Assembly (NCBI RefSeq): GCF_000185985.2
Contig: NC_014909.2
Coordinates: forward strand, 450,001 to 482,000
Reading direction: 5' to 3'
DNA: 32,000 nucleotides
Origin: Candidatus Saccharimonadota bacterium
Lineage (GTDB): Bacteria; Pseudomonadota; Gammaproteobacteria; Enterobacterales; Enterobacteriaceae
Below are positions 19,520 to 29,387 of this stretch, in pieces. The translations under genes and the position numbers were made by a program. The notes beneath the pieces are model-generated. The model made no database searches and was not told the DNA's origin. It worked only from the letters and a program-made list of their open reading frames with translations. Each line of letters begins with the position of its first letter. Position 1 is the stretch's first letter.

Positions 19520-20926
19520 ATGCAAACCACATCTATATCAAATATATTACAAAAATTTATTCCAGAAAATACTAAAATTACTGTACATGGTTGGATTCGA
19601 ACCTTACGACATTCTAAAGCTAAAATTTCTTTCCTTGATCTATATGATGGATCTTGTTTAAAGACTTTACAAATAGTAATAGGAGAAAATTTACATAACT
19701 ACAAAAGTGAAATTTTACATTTAACTAGCGGTTGTTCTGTAACAATCTGCGGAAAAATAGTAAAATCTATTGGTAACAAACAAGATATAGAGCTCGTTGC
19801 TACAAATGTTACAATATTAGGATGGATAGATCAACCTAATACTTATCCAATCACACCAAAAAAACATTCTCTGGAATATTTAAGAAATGTTGCTCATTTA
19901 AGATCAAGAACTCATATTTTTGGAGCCATTTCTCGTATTAGACATATTTTATTTCAATCTATGCACAATTTTATGCACAAAAAAGGATTATTATGGATAC
20001 CTACCCCAATAATCACTGCGGCGGATACAGAAGGAAATAGTAAAATGTTTTATCTTTCTGAAAATTTCAATAATAAAAATATCTCTAATAATATTTCTAC
20101 TAACCAAGTAAATGGTGAACAATTTTTTTTTGGAAAAAAAGCATTTTTAACAGTATCTGGTCAATTAAATCTCGAAACTTATGCATGCGCGCTATCTAAA
20201 GTTTATACCTTTGGCCCCACATTTAGAGCAGAACATTCTGATACTAATCGACATTTATCAGAATTTTGGATGTTAGAAGTAGAAATAGCTTTTTCAAAGC
20301 TGAATGATATTATTGAATTAGCAAAAGCATTTTTAACAAATATGATTCAAATTGTCTTAGAACAATGTACTCCTGATATAACATATTGTTCAAATCATTC
20401 ACAATGTAATTTATTTAAACGATTAGAAAATTTTTTAAATAATAAAATTGCTTATATAGAATATACCGATGCAATAAATTTATTAATTTCATGTAATAAA
20501 AATTTTAAAAATACGGTATTTTGGGGAGGTGATTTATTTTCTGAACATGAAAAATATTTATCAGAAGAATATTTTAAATCTCCTGTGATTATTATGAATT
20601 ATCCAAAAAACATAAAAGCTTTTTATATGCGTTTAAATGATGATAATAAAACTGTTGCATCAATGGATATTTTAGTTCCTGGCATTGGAGAAATCATCGG
20701 AGGCTCACAAAGAGAAGAAAGATTAAACATATTGAAGGAACGATTATTAGAAAATAATCTTTCTAACAAATATTATTGGTGGTATCAAGATTTAAGACGA
20801 TACGGTACAGTGCCTCATTCAGGTTTTGGATTAGGTTTTGAAAGACTGTTAATATACATTACAGGAATAACAAACATAAAAGATGCAATTCCTTTTCCTA
20901 GAGTATTTAAAAACATTAATTTTTAA
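19520..20926 (+). CDS. asnS: Asparaginyl-tRNA synthetase
   Basis: 468 aa class IIb aaRS. FGPTFRAE.S.T.RHL.EFWMLE (motif 2), GGSQREER, and GTVPHSGFGLGFERL (motif 3). Colinear with E. coli AsnS. Confidence 0.95.
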   Translation: MQTTSISNILQKFIPENTKITVHGWIRTLRHSKAKISFLDLYDGSCLKTLQIVIGENLHNYKSEILHLTSGCSVTICGKIVKSIGNKQDIELVATNVTILGWIDQPNTYPITPKKHSLEYLRNVAHLRSRTHIFGAISRIRHILFQSMHNFMHKKGLLWIPTPIITAADTEGNSKMFYLSENFNNKNISNNISTNQVNGEQFFFGKKAFLTVSGQLNLETYACALSKVYTFGPTFRAEHSDTNRHLSEFWMLEVEIAFSKLNDIIELAKAFLTNMIQIVLEQCTPDITYCSNHSQCNLFKRLENFLNNKIAYIEYTDAINLLISCNKNFKNTVFWGGDLFSEHEKYLSEEYFKSPVIIMNYPKNIKAFYMRLNDDNKTVASMDILVPGIGEIIGGSQREERLNILKERLLENNLSNKYYWWYQDLRRYGTVPHSGFGLGFERLLIYITGITNIKDAIPFPRVFKNINF

Positions 20927-21043
20927 ATTATATATAATGAAAATTGTTAATACAAAATATTAATAATTAATAGTTGGCATTTACAACCATTTTTGATATA
21001 AGTAGAAAATACTATATACACATTGCTAATGGATATAATTATC

Positions 21044-22258
21044 ATGTTTGAATCGATGTTAATGGCTCCTTCTGATCCTATTCTTGGTTTATCTACAATT
21101 TTTAGAAATGATATTAGAAAAAAAAAAATTAACCTGGGCATTGGAGTATATATAAATGAACACAATGAGGCTCCAATTCTAGAAAGTGTTAAACATGCTG
21201 AAGATTTCTTACTAAAAAAAGAAATGAATAAAAATTATCTAAATATTGAAGGGATACATGCATTTAATAATGCAACCCAGTCATTATTATTTGGACAAGA
21301 CGAATCTATTATATCAAAAGAACGAATAAGAACCGTTCAAGCTCCAGGAGGAACTGGAGCACTAAGAATAATTTCAGAATGTATCGCTAAACATTTTAAT
21401 ATCTATTTTGGAAGAAAACAACGAATATGGATTAGTGATCCTACTTGGGTTAATCATAAAAATATTTTTATCGCATCAGGATTAGAACTCCATACTTATC
21501 CATATTATAATCAATACAAACATGCACTTGATTTCGAAAAATTCCTTGATACATTAAACTGTTCAGTAAAAGCTACAGATATAGTTCTATTACATTGTTG
21601 CTGCCATAATCCAACCGGTATCGATCCAACAATTGAACAATGGAAAATTTTATCTGAAAATTCTGAAAAAAATGGATGGATTCCATTATTTGATTTAGCT
21701 TATCAAGGTTTTGATACTGATTTAAAAAACGATTTACAAGGATTGCATATTTTTTGTAAACACAATTCGGAACTAATAGTATGCAATTCGTATTCTAAAA
21801 ATTTTGGATTATATAATGAACGTGTAGGAGCATGCACCATAATAGCACAAAATAACGATCATGCTGAGCGTGCATTAAGTCAATTAAAATCTACTATTAG
21901 AGCTAACTATTCTAATCCTCCAGCTCACGGAGCATCTATAGTATCTACTATATTAACAAATCCTATACTATATTCTATTTGGGAAAATGAATTAAAATGT
22001 ATGAGAGAACATATTAAAAATATGCGATTTTTACTTATACAAAATTTAAATCACAATAATCAACACAACAAACCAAATTTTGACTTTATTACAAACCAAA
22101 AAGGAATGTTTGCTTACATGGATCTTAATTCAAATCAAGTAACTAAATTAAGAAAAAACTCAGGAATTTATTTAGTAGATTCTGGAAGGATTAATTTAGC
22201 GGGGTTATCTAAACAAAATATTCAATACGTATGCGAATCCATACGTGATTTATTTTAA
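21044..22258 (+). CDS. aspC: Aspartate aminotransferase (class I PLP aminotransferase)
   Basis: Homology starts at MFESMLMAPSDPILGL (E. coli MFENITAAPADPILGL). PLP-lysine context SYSKNFGLYNERVG, plus CCHNPTG and RANYSNPPAHGA. The track start (TTG at 21023) is probably too early. Confidence 0.93.
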   Translation: MFESMLMAPSDPILGLSTIFRNDIRKKKINLGIGVYINEHNEAPILESVKHAEDFLLKKEMNKNYLNIEGIHAFNNATQSLLFGQDESIISKERIRTVQAPGGTGALRIISECIAKHFNIYFGRKQRIWISDPTWVNHKNIFIASGLELHTYPYYNQYKHALDFEKFLDTLNCSVKATDIVLLHCCCHNPTGIDPTIEQWKILSENSEKNGWIPLFDLAYQGFDTDLKNDLQGLHIFCKHNSELIVCNSYSKNFGLYNERVGACTIIAQNNDHAERALSQLKSTIRANYSNPPAHGASIVSTILTNPILYSIWENELKCMREHIKNMRFLLIQNLNHNNQHNKPNFDFITNQKGMFAYMDLNSNQVTKLRKNSGIYLVDSGRINLAGLSKQNIQYVCESIRDLF

Positions 22259-22290
22259 TAAAATTTAATACAACCACACAATACTCTTTC

Positions 22291-22354
22291 GTAATTTTTT
22301 ATATTTCAACCTTATCTCATAATGAAGAGATAAGGTTGAAATATAAAAAATTAC
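22291..22354. repeat. 28-bp perfect stem / 8-nt loop hairpin between convergent aspC and gloC. Possible non-canonical terminator or 3'-end stabiliser
   Basis: 22291-22318 gtaattttttatatttcaaccttatctc is the exact reverse complement of 22327-22354 gagataaggttgaaatataaaaaattac. The loop is ataatgaa. The T-tract is on the 5' arm and the A-tract on the 3' arm, so neither transcript direction has a 3' U-tail. Confidence 0.6.
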
Positions 22355-22402
22355 CGTCTAACTTTAAATATGGATCAACTAGATAATCTTCTTATCTACC
22401 TT

Positions 22403-23038
22403 TCATATTAAAAATGTATTATTTTTTCTCTCATATCCAATACTAGAAATAGGTCCATGACCCGGTAAAAAATTAATATCATCCTCTAAAACAAGTAATT
22501 TATTTTTAATTGAATTTATTAAAGTCACATAACTTCCCCCTGGTAAATCTGATCTTCCAACATTTTTTTTGAATAACACATCTCCCATAATGATAAATTT
22601 ACACGATTCGTTCCAAAAAACCACATGCCCAGGAGAATGCCCTGGGCAATGTAATACTTTAAAAACTTCATAACCTACCTCTATAATATCCCCATCTTTT
22701 AACCAAAAGTCAGGGGACACTGCGCAGTTACAATACTCTTTAATTTTTAATATTTGACATTGCAATGTCAAATCATTCATTAAAAATTCATCATCCTTAT
22801 GAGGACCCCAAATTGGAACATTATAATATTTTTTTAAATCTACAGCATGACCAACATGGTCAATATGACCATGAGTTAATACAATCTTATTAATCCTAAC
22901 ATTTAAATTATCTATTACTCTAAATAACTTTTCTTTTTCCCCACCAGGATCCACTACAATTGCATCATGAGTTTGCTCACACCACACTATTGAACAATTT
23001 TGATTAAAAGAAGTAACTGGTATAACATGATATTTCAT
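22403..23038 (-). CDS. gloC: Metallo-beta-lactamase-fold hydroxyacylglutathione hydrolase GloC (YcbL)
   Basis: 211 aa. THGHIDHVG metal motif, IPVT.F.QNCS..WCEQT, HCPGHSPGHVVF, GRSD.P and PGHGP. Colinear with E. coli YcbL, which also neighbours aspC. Confidence 0.8.
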   Translation of the reverse strand: MKYHVIPVTSFNQNCSIVWCEQTHDAIVVDPGGEKEKLFRVIDNLNVRINKIVLTHGHIDHVGHAVDLKKYYNVPIWGPHKDDEFLMNDLTLQCQILKIKEYCNCAVSPDFWLKDGDIIEVGYEVFKVLHCPGHSPGHVVFWNESCKFIIMGDVLFKKNVGRSDLPGGSYVTLINSIKNKLLVLEDDINFLPGHGPISSIGYERKNNTFLI

Positions 23039-23151
23039 TTAACCCTCTATAAAATAAAAAAACAAAAATAGATTTATTAAATAACTTAAACTATATTACT
23101 ACAATGAATAAATACTCACACATTAAAAATATACTAAAAAAATATATATTA

Positions 23152-23937
23152 CTACATATCCTCCGTACCTGAAATAGTGTTAAAACCTCCATCAACATAG
23201 ATTATTTCTCCAGTTATTCCAGAAGATAAATTAGAACATAAAAAAGCAGCGACATTCCCTACTTCTTCAATTGTAACATTACGTCGAATAGGAGAGTGTT
23301 TTGCATAAAATGATAACATTTTCTTAAAATTCAAAATACCAGAAGATGCTAATGTTTTTAAAGGACCAGAAGAAATAGCATTAACACGAATACTATCTGC
23401 CCCCATTGCATTCGCCATATATTTCACATTCGATTCTAAAGATGCCTTTGCTAAACCCATCACATTATAATTAGGAACAACTCTATTCGACCCTAAATAA
23501 GTTAAACTTAACAAAGATGAATTTTTCCTTAACATACTTCGACATACCTTTGCCATTCCAACAAAACTATAGGAACTAATCATATGTGATACTTCAAAAC
23601 CTAAACGAGTAACACTATTAACATAATCACCTCGTAATTGTTCAGTAGGAGCAAAAGCAATAGAATGTACAAACCCATCAAATTGACTCCAGCTTTTCTT
23701 TAATTCAACGAACAATTTTTCAATGGATGAATCAGAAGAAACATCACAAGGCAATATAATTTCATTAAACGAATAAAGTTTAGCAATTTCATACACTCTT
23801 GATCTTAACTTATCAGTATGATAAGTAAATGCTAATTCCGCTCCTTCTCTATGTAAAGCTTTTGCTATTCCACAAGCTATTGATTTACTATTAGCTACTC
23901 CAGTTATTAAAATACGTTTATTATTAAGTAACGCCAT
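23152..23937 (-). CDS. fabI: Enoyl-ACP reductase (NADH)
   Basis: 261 aa. [10 protein letters not shown]-type N-terminus, [26 protein letters not shown] (Tyr/Lys catalytic region), RVNAIS.GP. Colinear with E. coli FabI. Confidence 0.95.
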   Translation of the reverse strand: MALLNNKRILITGVANSKSIACGIAKALHREGAELAFTYHTDKLRSRVYEIAKLYSFNEIILPCDVSSDSSIEKLFVELKKSWSQFDGFVHSIAFAPTEQLRGDYVNSVTRLGFEVSHMISSYSFVGMAKVCRSMLRKNSSLLSLTYLGSNRVVPNYNVMGLAKASLESNVKYMANAMGADSIRVNAISSGPLKTLASSGILNFKKMLSFYAKHSPIRRNVTIEEVGNVAAFLCSNLSSGITGEIIYVDGGFNTISGTEDM

Positions 23938-24889
23938 CTATTTTATAACCTATCTGTTATTTTTAATTACATAATTTAATTAATACAATCACTCTAACAT
24001 TAATCAACTAAAAAGATCATTAAACTAAAACTTAACAACCAAAATGAAAAATGGCAGTTGACTGCATATAGTCAAAAATTTAAAACATTAACTATAACTC
24101 ACATCCCGAGCAATTCATAAAAATTCTCAATATACATTTATCATATTAAATATTTCTAAAAAATTTTCCATAATTCACTAGTTAATTAATACTGTATTGG
24201 TGAATAATAACATAAAACAATCAATTATTTAATTCTTGCACTACATTCTACACAACAATAATATTAACACAACTAAATATCATTGCATTCAAAACTCCAA
24301 ACAAGAATTTAACTAAATAAGTTTCAAAATTACCCCCTATACTCAAAATAGTAATTCTTCAAAAATTTAAAGCACACATTAAAGTATATAAACATAATTA
24401 ATATATCTTCCAAATTTACTCAGAAATAATTTTATAACACATCTAAACGAACATACCTATTATACCCATGAAAAAATAAAATAATCAACAAAACGTCTAT
24501 AACGAATAAAAATTAAATCAATCATGTTATTATTTCTGATTAATAATATATTAATTTTTATCGTTCTGTTATCAAATTTAAAACAACACTTTAAAAGTAC
24601 AAAGATTGTATCTAAAACACAAGATAAATAAAAACAATTAAATCAACTGAATATTAAATTAAATTAAACAATCAAATATCATAAATAAAAATTTATACCT
24701 AAAATATATAATAATACTAATAAAAAAAATTGTATAGTAACAAAATAATTACTATTATTAACAATATATGTAATTATTCAACTATTATACAGGAATTTAT
24801 AATTAAATCTTTAATATTATTAAAATAGTGATATCTGGTACTAATATTTTAATAATAATAATTATAAAAATTTTTAAGGAATTATAATA

Positions 24890-25492
24890 ATGCGACTTAA
24901 ACAAGTAGGAAAAGCAAAATTACCAACATTATGGGGAAATTTTTTAATCGTTGGATTCGAAGAAAAGCTTACTAGACAAAATCATGTAGCTTTAATATAT
25001 GGTAGTATATTAGGATCAGAACCAGTTTTGACACGAATACACTCTGAATGTCTAACAGGAGATGCCTTGTTTAGTTCTAGATGCGATTGCGGCTTTCAAT
25101 TAAACACTGCATTGAATTATATCACGACAGAAGGCCAAGGTATTCTCATTTATCATCGTCAAGAAGGACGTAATATTGGTTTATTAAACAAAATTCAGGC
25201 TTATTCTTTACAAGATAATGGAGCTGACACTGTAGAAGCAAATCAATGTCTTGGTTTTCATGCAGATGAAAGAGATTTCACCATATGTGCGGACATACTA
25301 AAATTATTAAATATACATACGATACGTTTATTAACTAACAACCCACAAAAAATCAAAGTCTTAGACAATTCTAATATCAATATCGTTGAAAGAGTTCCTC
25401 TAATAGTTGGAAGAAACTCAAAAAACGCTAAGTATTTAAATACAAAAGAATCTAAGCTAGGACATCTATTTAATCTTCGCCATAAACAATAA
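24890..25492 (+). CDS. ribA: GTP cyclohydrolase II
   Basis: 200 aa. Zn-binding [15 protein letters not shown], plus [15 protein letters not shown] and TVEAN. An AAGGA motif lies 11 nt upstream of the ATG. Confidence 0.95.
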   Translation: MRLKQVGKAKLPTLWGNFLIVGFEEKLTRQNHVALIYGSILGSEPVLTRIHSECLTGDALFSSRCDCGFQLNTALNYITTEGQGILIYHRQEGRNIGLLNKIQAYSLQDNGADTVEANQCLGFHADERDFTICADILKLLNIHTIRLLTNNPQKIKVLDNSNINIVERVPLIVGRNSKNAKYLNTKESKLGHLFNLRHKQ

Positions 25493-26165
25493 ATAGTAAA
25501 CATTATATAATTAACCCCGTATGATAAATATCACACGCTACATTAACAATTCATTTTAATAATAAAAACTATCGCTACCCACTACACCTATATTCTTAAA
25601 TAAAAAAATCTACAACAAGTTGTATAATATTTATTATTAATTTTAGCCCCATTTTGTATCGTGAAAATATGATAATCTTTTCATATTATTCATATTAATA
25701 AAACTAAATATTATCGTAATTATATCATATACTCAAAAAATAAAAAATTGCAGTTCATAAACATACTTATACAAACATCACTGTCGCAATAGTAATTAAT
25801 ACGTAAAATATTTTTGTTAATAAACTTATTTATACTTTTTCAAAACAATACTTACTAATCTTTATAAAACAAAAAACTAACAACTACAGACAAACATTAA
25901 TAAAAATATCAAACATTATTGATAACAGTATACTTATATAGAAATTCATGAAATCTAAATACAATTAATATATTTTCTTTAATTTATAATATTATCGAAG
26001 ATTTGACTTTTTATAAAAAACCTTGTATTAGTACCTCCATGATCGCAATAAACTTTTGTCTTATTATTTGGCATTGATATTATTTTGATGTACTACTAAA
26101 TACATAAATATTATAATTAAATTATAGATACTTTTTTAATTAAAATATTTAAGGAAATATAAATA

Positions 26166-27737
26166 ATGGGATATACAAAACAACGCATAGAAAGTTTTAA
26201 AATTCAAGTTCATTATCATTCAAATCCTACGATAGTTTTTAATCAATTATGTAAAAACCGGCATTCTACATTACTATTAGAATCATCAGAAATTCAAAAA
26301 CAACGCAATATCGAAAGTATGATGATTATTGATAGCGCCCTAAGAATTTCTGCTTATAATACAAACGTTATAATACAAGCTCTTACTAAAAATGGAGCTA
26401 ACTTATTATCGGTATTAGAACAAGCTCTACCTAATACTGTAAAAGTCATTAAAACACATAGCACTGCAATAAAATTAAAATTTCCTATTACACAAAATAC
26501 TTTAGACGAAGATAGTCAACTTAAATCAATTTCTATTTTCGACGGACTACGATCGCTATTAAAAATCATGAAACCACCTCAAGATAATCCAAAATCTGTA
26601 TTTTTAGGTGGTTTATTTGCTTATGATTTAATAACTTGTTTTGAACCTATCCCAAAACTTACTGATTATCCTCAATGTCCAGATTATTGTTTTTATTTAT
26701 CTGAAATTCTATTAATTTTTGATCATCAAAAACATACTGCGGAATTAAACGGGACATTATTTCATTCAGATACTTTAGAAAAAAACAGACTAAAAAATAG
26801 AATGAATGAACTCAAAAAACAAATAAACCGTACGTTATGTACTACTATTCCTTACATAACTGTACAAAACATGACATTAAGTTGTAATCAAAACGATACC
26901 TCCTATAAAAAAAACATACATAGAATACAAAATTTTATACGACAAGGAGAAATTTTGCAAGCTGTTCCCTCCAGATGTTTTTTCCTTCCGTGTCCCTCCC
27001 CATTAGCAGCCTATCATACTTTGAAAATTAATAATCCCAGCCCTTATATGTTTTTCATGCAAGACAAGGTATTCACCTTATTTGGGGCATCTCCAGAAAG
27101 TTCATTAAAATATGATGCAAATACTAGAAAAATTGAAATTTATCCCATAGCTGGAACTAGGGCTCGTGTATATCATGATGATGGATCATTAGATATAGAC
27201 TCAGATAATCGAATCGAACTAGAAATGAGATTAAATCAAAAAGAATTATCAGAACATTTAATGCTAGTAGACCTAGCAAGAAATGATTTAGCTAGAATAT
27301 GTAAGACAGGTAGTCGCTATATATCTGAACTATTACAAGTAGATCGTTACTCTTATGTCATGCACTTAGTATCTAAAGTAGTAGGTGAATTAAGTTATAA
27401 CTTTGATATACTGCATGCTTATAGAGCATGTATGAACATGGGGACATTAACAGGTGCCCCAAAAATAAAAGCAATGCAAATCATTTATGAAGTAGAAAAA
27501 AAACGACGAAACGCTTATGGAGGTGCTATAGGGTATTTAGTAGGTTCAGGAAGTTTAGATACATGCATCATTATTAGAGCAGCATATGTTGTAAATAATT
27601 TAGCTACTGTACAAGCTGGAGCAGGAATTGTATTAGATTCTATACCCCAATCTGAAGCAGATGAAAGTCGAAATAAAGCGAAAGCTGTATTACAAGCAAT
27701 TGCAATAGCACACAATTCCAAGGAAATATTTTCATAA
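26166..27737 (+). CDS. trpE: Anthranilate synthase component I
   Basis: 523 aa. N-terminal Trp-feedback region LLESSEI....S...IDSALRIS, plus NPSPYMFF, GTLTGAPK and GGAIGY motifs. An AAGGA motif lies upstream. Confidence 0.95.
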   Translation: MGYTKQRIESFKIQVHYHSNPTIVFNQLCKNRHSTLLLESSEIQKQRNIESMMIIDSALRISAYNTNVIIQALTKNGANLLSVLEQALPNTVKVIKTHSTAIKLKFPITQNTLDEDSQLKSISIFDGLRSLLKIMKPPQDNPKSVFLGGLFAYDLITCFEPIPKLTDYPQCPDYCFYLSEILLIFDHQKHTAELNGTLFHSDTLEKNRLKNRMNELKKQINRTLCTTIPYITVQNMTLSCNQNDTSYKKNIHRIQNFIRQGEILQAVPSRCFFLPCPSPLAAYHTLKINNPSPYMFFMQDKVFTLFGASPESSLKYDANTRKIEIYPIAGTRARVYHDDGSLDIDSDNRIELEMRLNQKELSEHLMLVDLARNDLARICKTGSRYISELLQVDRYSYVMHLVSKVVGELSYNFDILHAYRACMNMGTLTGAPKIKAMQIIYEVEKKRRNAYGGAIGYLVGSGSLDTCIIIRAAYVVNNLATVQAGAGIVLDSIPQSEADESRNKAKAVLQAIAIAHNSKEIFS

Positions 27738-28336
27738 TGGTGAATATAATACTACTCAATAACATTGATTCATTCACATATAACTTAGTAGATCAATTAC
27801 GCAGTAAAAAACATCAAGTCTTAATATATTCTAATCGACTATCAGACTCTGTAATAATAAACGTTATAAATAATATAGATAATCCCATTTTAGTATTATC
27901 TCCTGGACCTGGATCTCCACAAAATTCTGGATGTATGATGAGTTTAATAAAAAAATTACGAGGACACATCCCAATTATCGGAATATGTTTAGGATATCAA
28001 GCATTAGTTCAATCTTATGGAGGATGTATATCACAATCATCAGAAATTTTTCATGGGAGATCTTCTTTAATATATCATGATGAACAGGCTATGTTTTCTA
28101 ATATTCCTAATCCTTTGTTAGTAGCTCGATATCACTCATTAATAGGAATTAATATTCCTAGTAATTTAAAAATTAATGCTTATTATAAAAATCACATAGC
28201 TATGGCCATTCGCAACGATCTTGATCGAATTTGCGGATTTCAGTTTCATCCTGAATCTATATTAACTGCATATGGAACGAAATTAATACACCAAACCATT
28301 CTATGGGCTAACACCTTAATTAGAACAAGAGCATAA
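27737..28336 (+). CDS. trpG: Anthranilate synthase component II (class-I glutamine amidotransferase), free-standing
   Basis: 199 aa. Nucleophile elbow GICLGYQA, catalytic FQFHPES. The start ATG overlaps the trpE stop by 1 nt (TAATG). Confidence 0.93.
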   Translation: MVNIILLNNIDSFTYNLVDQLRSKKHQVLIYSNRLSDSVIINVINNIDNPILVLSPGPGSPQNSGCMMSLIKKLRGHIPIIGICLGYQALVQSYGGCISQSSEIFHGRSSLIYHDEQAMFSNIPNPLLVARYHSLIGINIPSNLKINAYYKNHIAMAIRNDLDRICGFQFHPESILTAYGTKLIHQTILWANTLIRTRA

Positions 28337-28356
28337 ATATACATATATAATATATT

Positions 28357-29361
28357 ATGAAACACATTCTGAACATATTACGCCAAAGCAATAATTTAAC
28401 TCGAACACAATGCAAAAAATTATTTTTCAATATTATAAACAAAAAATTCTCTTCAAAAGAGATCTCAGAAATTCTTATTAACATAAAAAATAAAGGAGAA
28501 ACTATTGAAGAAATTTTAGGGGCAGCAGATGCACTGTTAATTCATGCTAAATATTTTCCAAAACTTAGGGGATTATTCGCAGATATCACAGGCACTGGAG
28601 GAGATGGTAAAAATACTATTAATATTTCTACAGCAAGCGCACTAATCGCTTCAACTTGTGGTGTTAAGATTGTTAAGCACGGTAATTATAATGCATCTAG
28701 TTCCATAGGTGGATCAATGAATTTACTACAACAATACAACGTATGTATTAACATGAATACACATCAAATACTTAAAAATTTTAACGAATTAGGAATATGT
28801 TTTTTATGTGCCTCTCAATATTATCCAATATTACGAGATGTAACCTATATAAGAAAACAACTAAAAACTCCTACTTTATTTAATATAATAGGCCCATTAA
28901 TTAATCCATCAAAACCTCCATTGACCTTGATTGGAGTATATAAAAAAGAACTATTATCACCAATAACTCAAACGCTAAAGTTATTAAATTATAAGCGAGC
29001 AATAGTAGTGCATTGTGACGGCATTGATGAAGTAGGATTACATAATCAGACAAATGTATTTGAATTACGAAATGGTACAATCCAACACTATACATTAACC
29101 CCATCAGATTTTGGATTAAAAAAATATCCCTTAGAAGAATTATGGTCTAGTTCACAACACCAATCATATTCAAGTATAATAAATGTATTAAAAGGGCAAG
29201 GAAAACCATCACATACCGCAGTAATAACCGCAAATGTAGCATTGTTATTAACGCTATTTGGGCACAATAATTTACGATCAAACACATCAACAATTTTAAA
29301 TAAAATTTATACTGGGTTACCTTATAAAAAATTATTAGCTCTTTCTTCGTCACTTGTATAA
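28357..29361 (+). CDS. trpD: Anthranilate phosphoribosyltransferase
   Basis: 334 aa. DITGTGGDG..T.NIST, KHGN, and FNI.GPL.NP motifs of TrpD. Confidence 0.93.
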   Translation: MKHILNILRQSNNLTRTQCKKLFFNIINKKFSSKEISEILINIKNKGETIEEILGAADALLIHAKYFPKLRGLFADITGTGGDGKNTINISTASALIASTCGVKIVKHGNYNASSSIGGSMNLLQQYNVCINMNTHQILKNFNELGICFLCASQYYPILRDVTYIRKQLKTPTLFNIIGPLINPSKPPLTLIGVYKKELLSPITQTLKLLNYKRAIVVHCDGIDEVGLHNQTNVFELRNGTIQHYTLTPSDFGLKKYPLEELWSSSQHQSYSSIINVLKGQGKPSHTAVITANVALLLTLFGHNNLRSNTSTILNKIYTGLPYKKLLALSSSLV

Positions 29362-29387
29362 ACAAATTAATATATAATAATAACTGT

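Noticed and set aside
20947-21165. 72-aa minus-strand ORF at the asnS-aspC junction
   Set aside because: It overlaps the conserved aspC N-terminus in antisense and has no homology.
25258-25503. 81-aa minus-strand ORF inside ribA
   Set aside because: It is an antisense shadow of a conserved gene.
27515-27721. 68-aa minus-strand ORF inside trpE
   Set aside because: It is an antisense shadow of the conserved C-terminal TrpE core.
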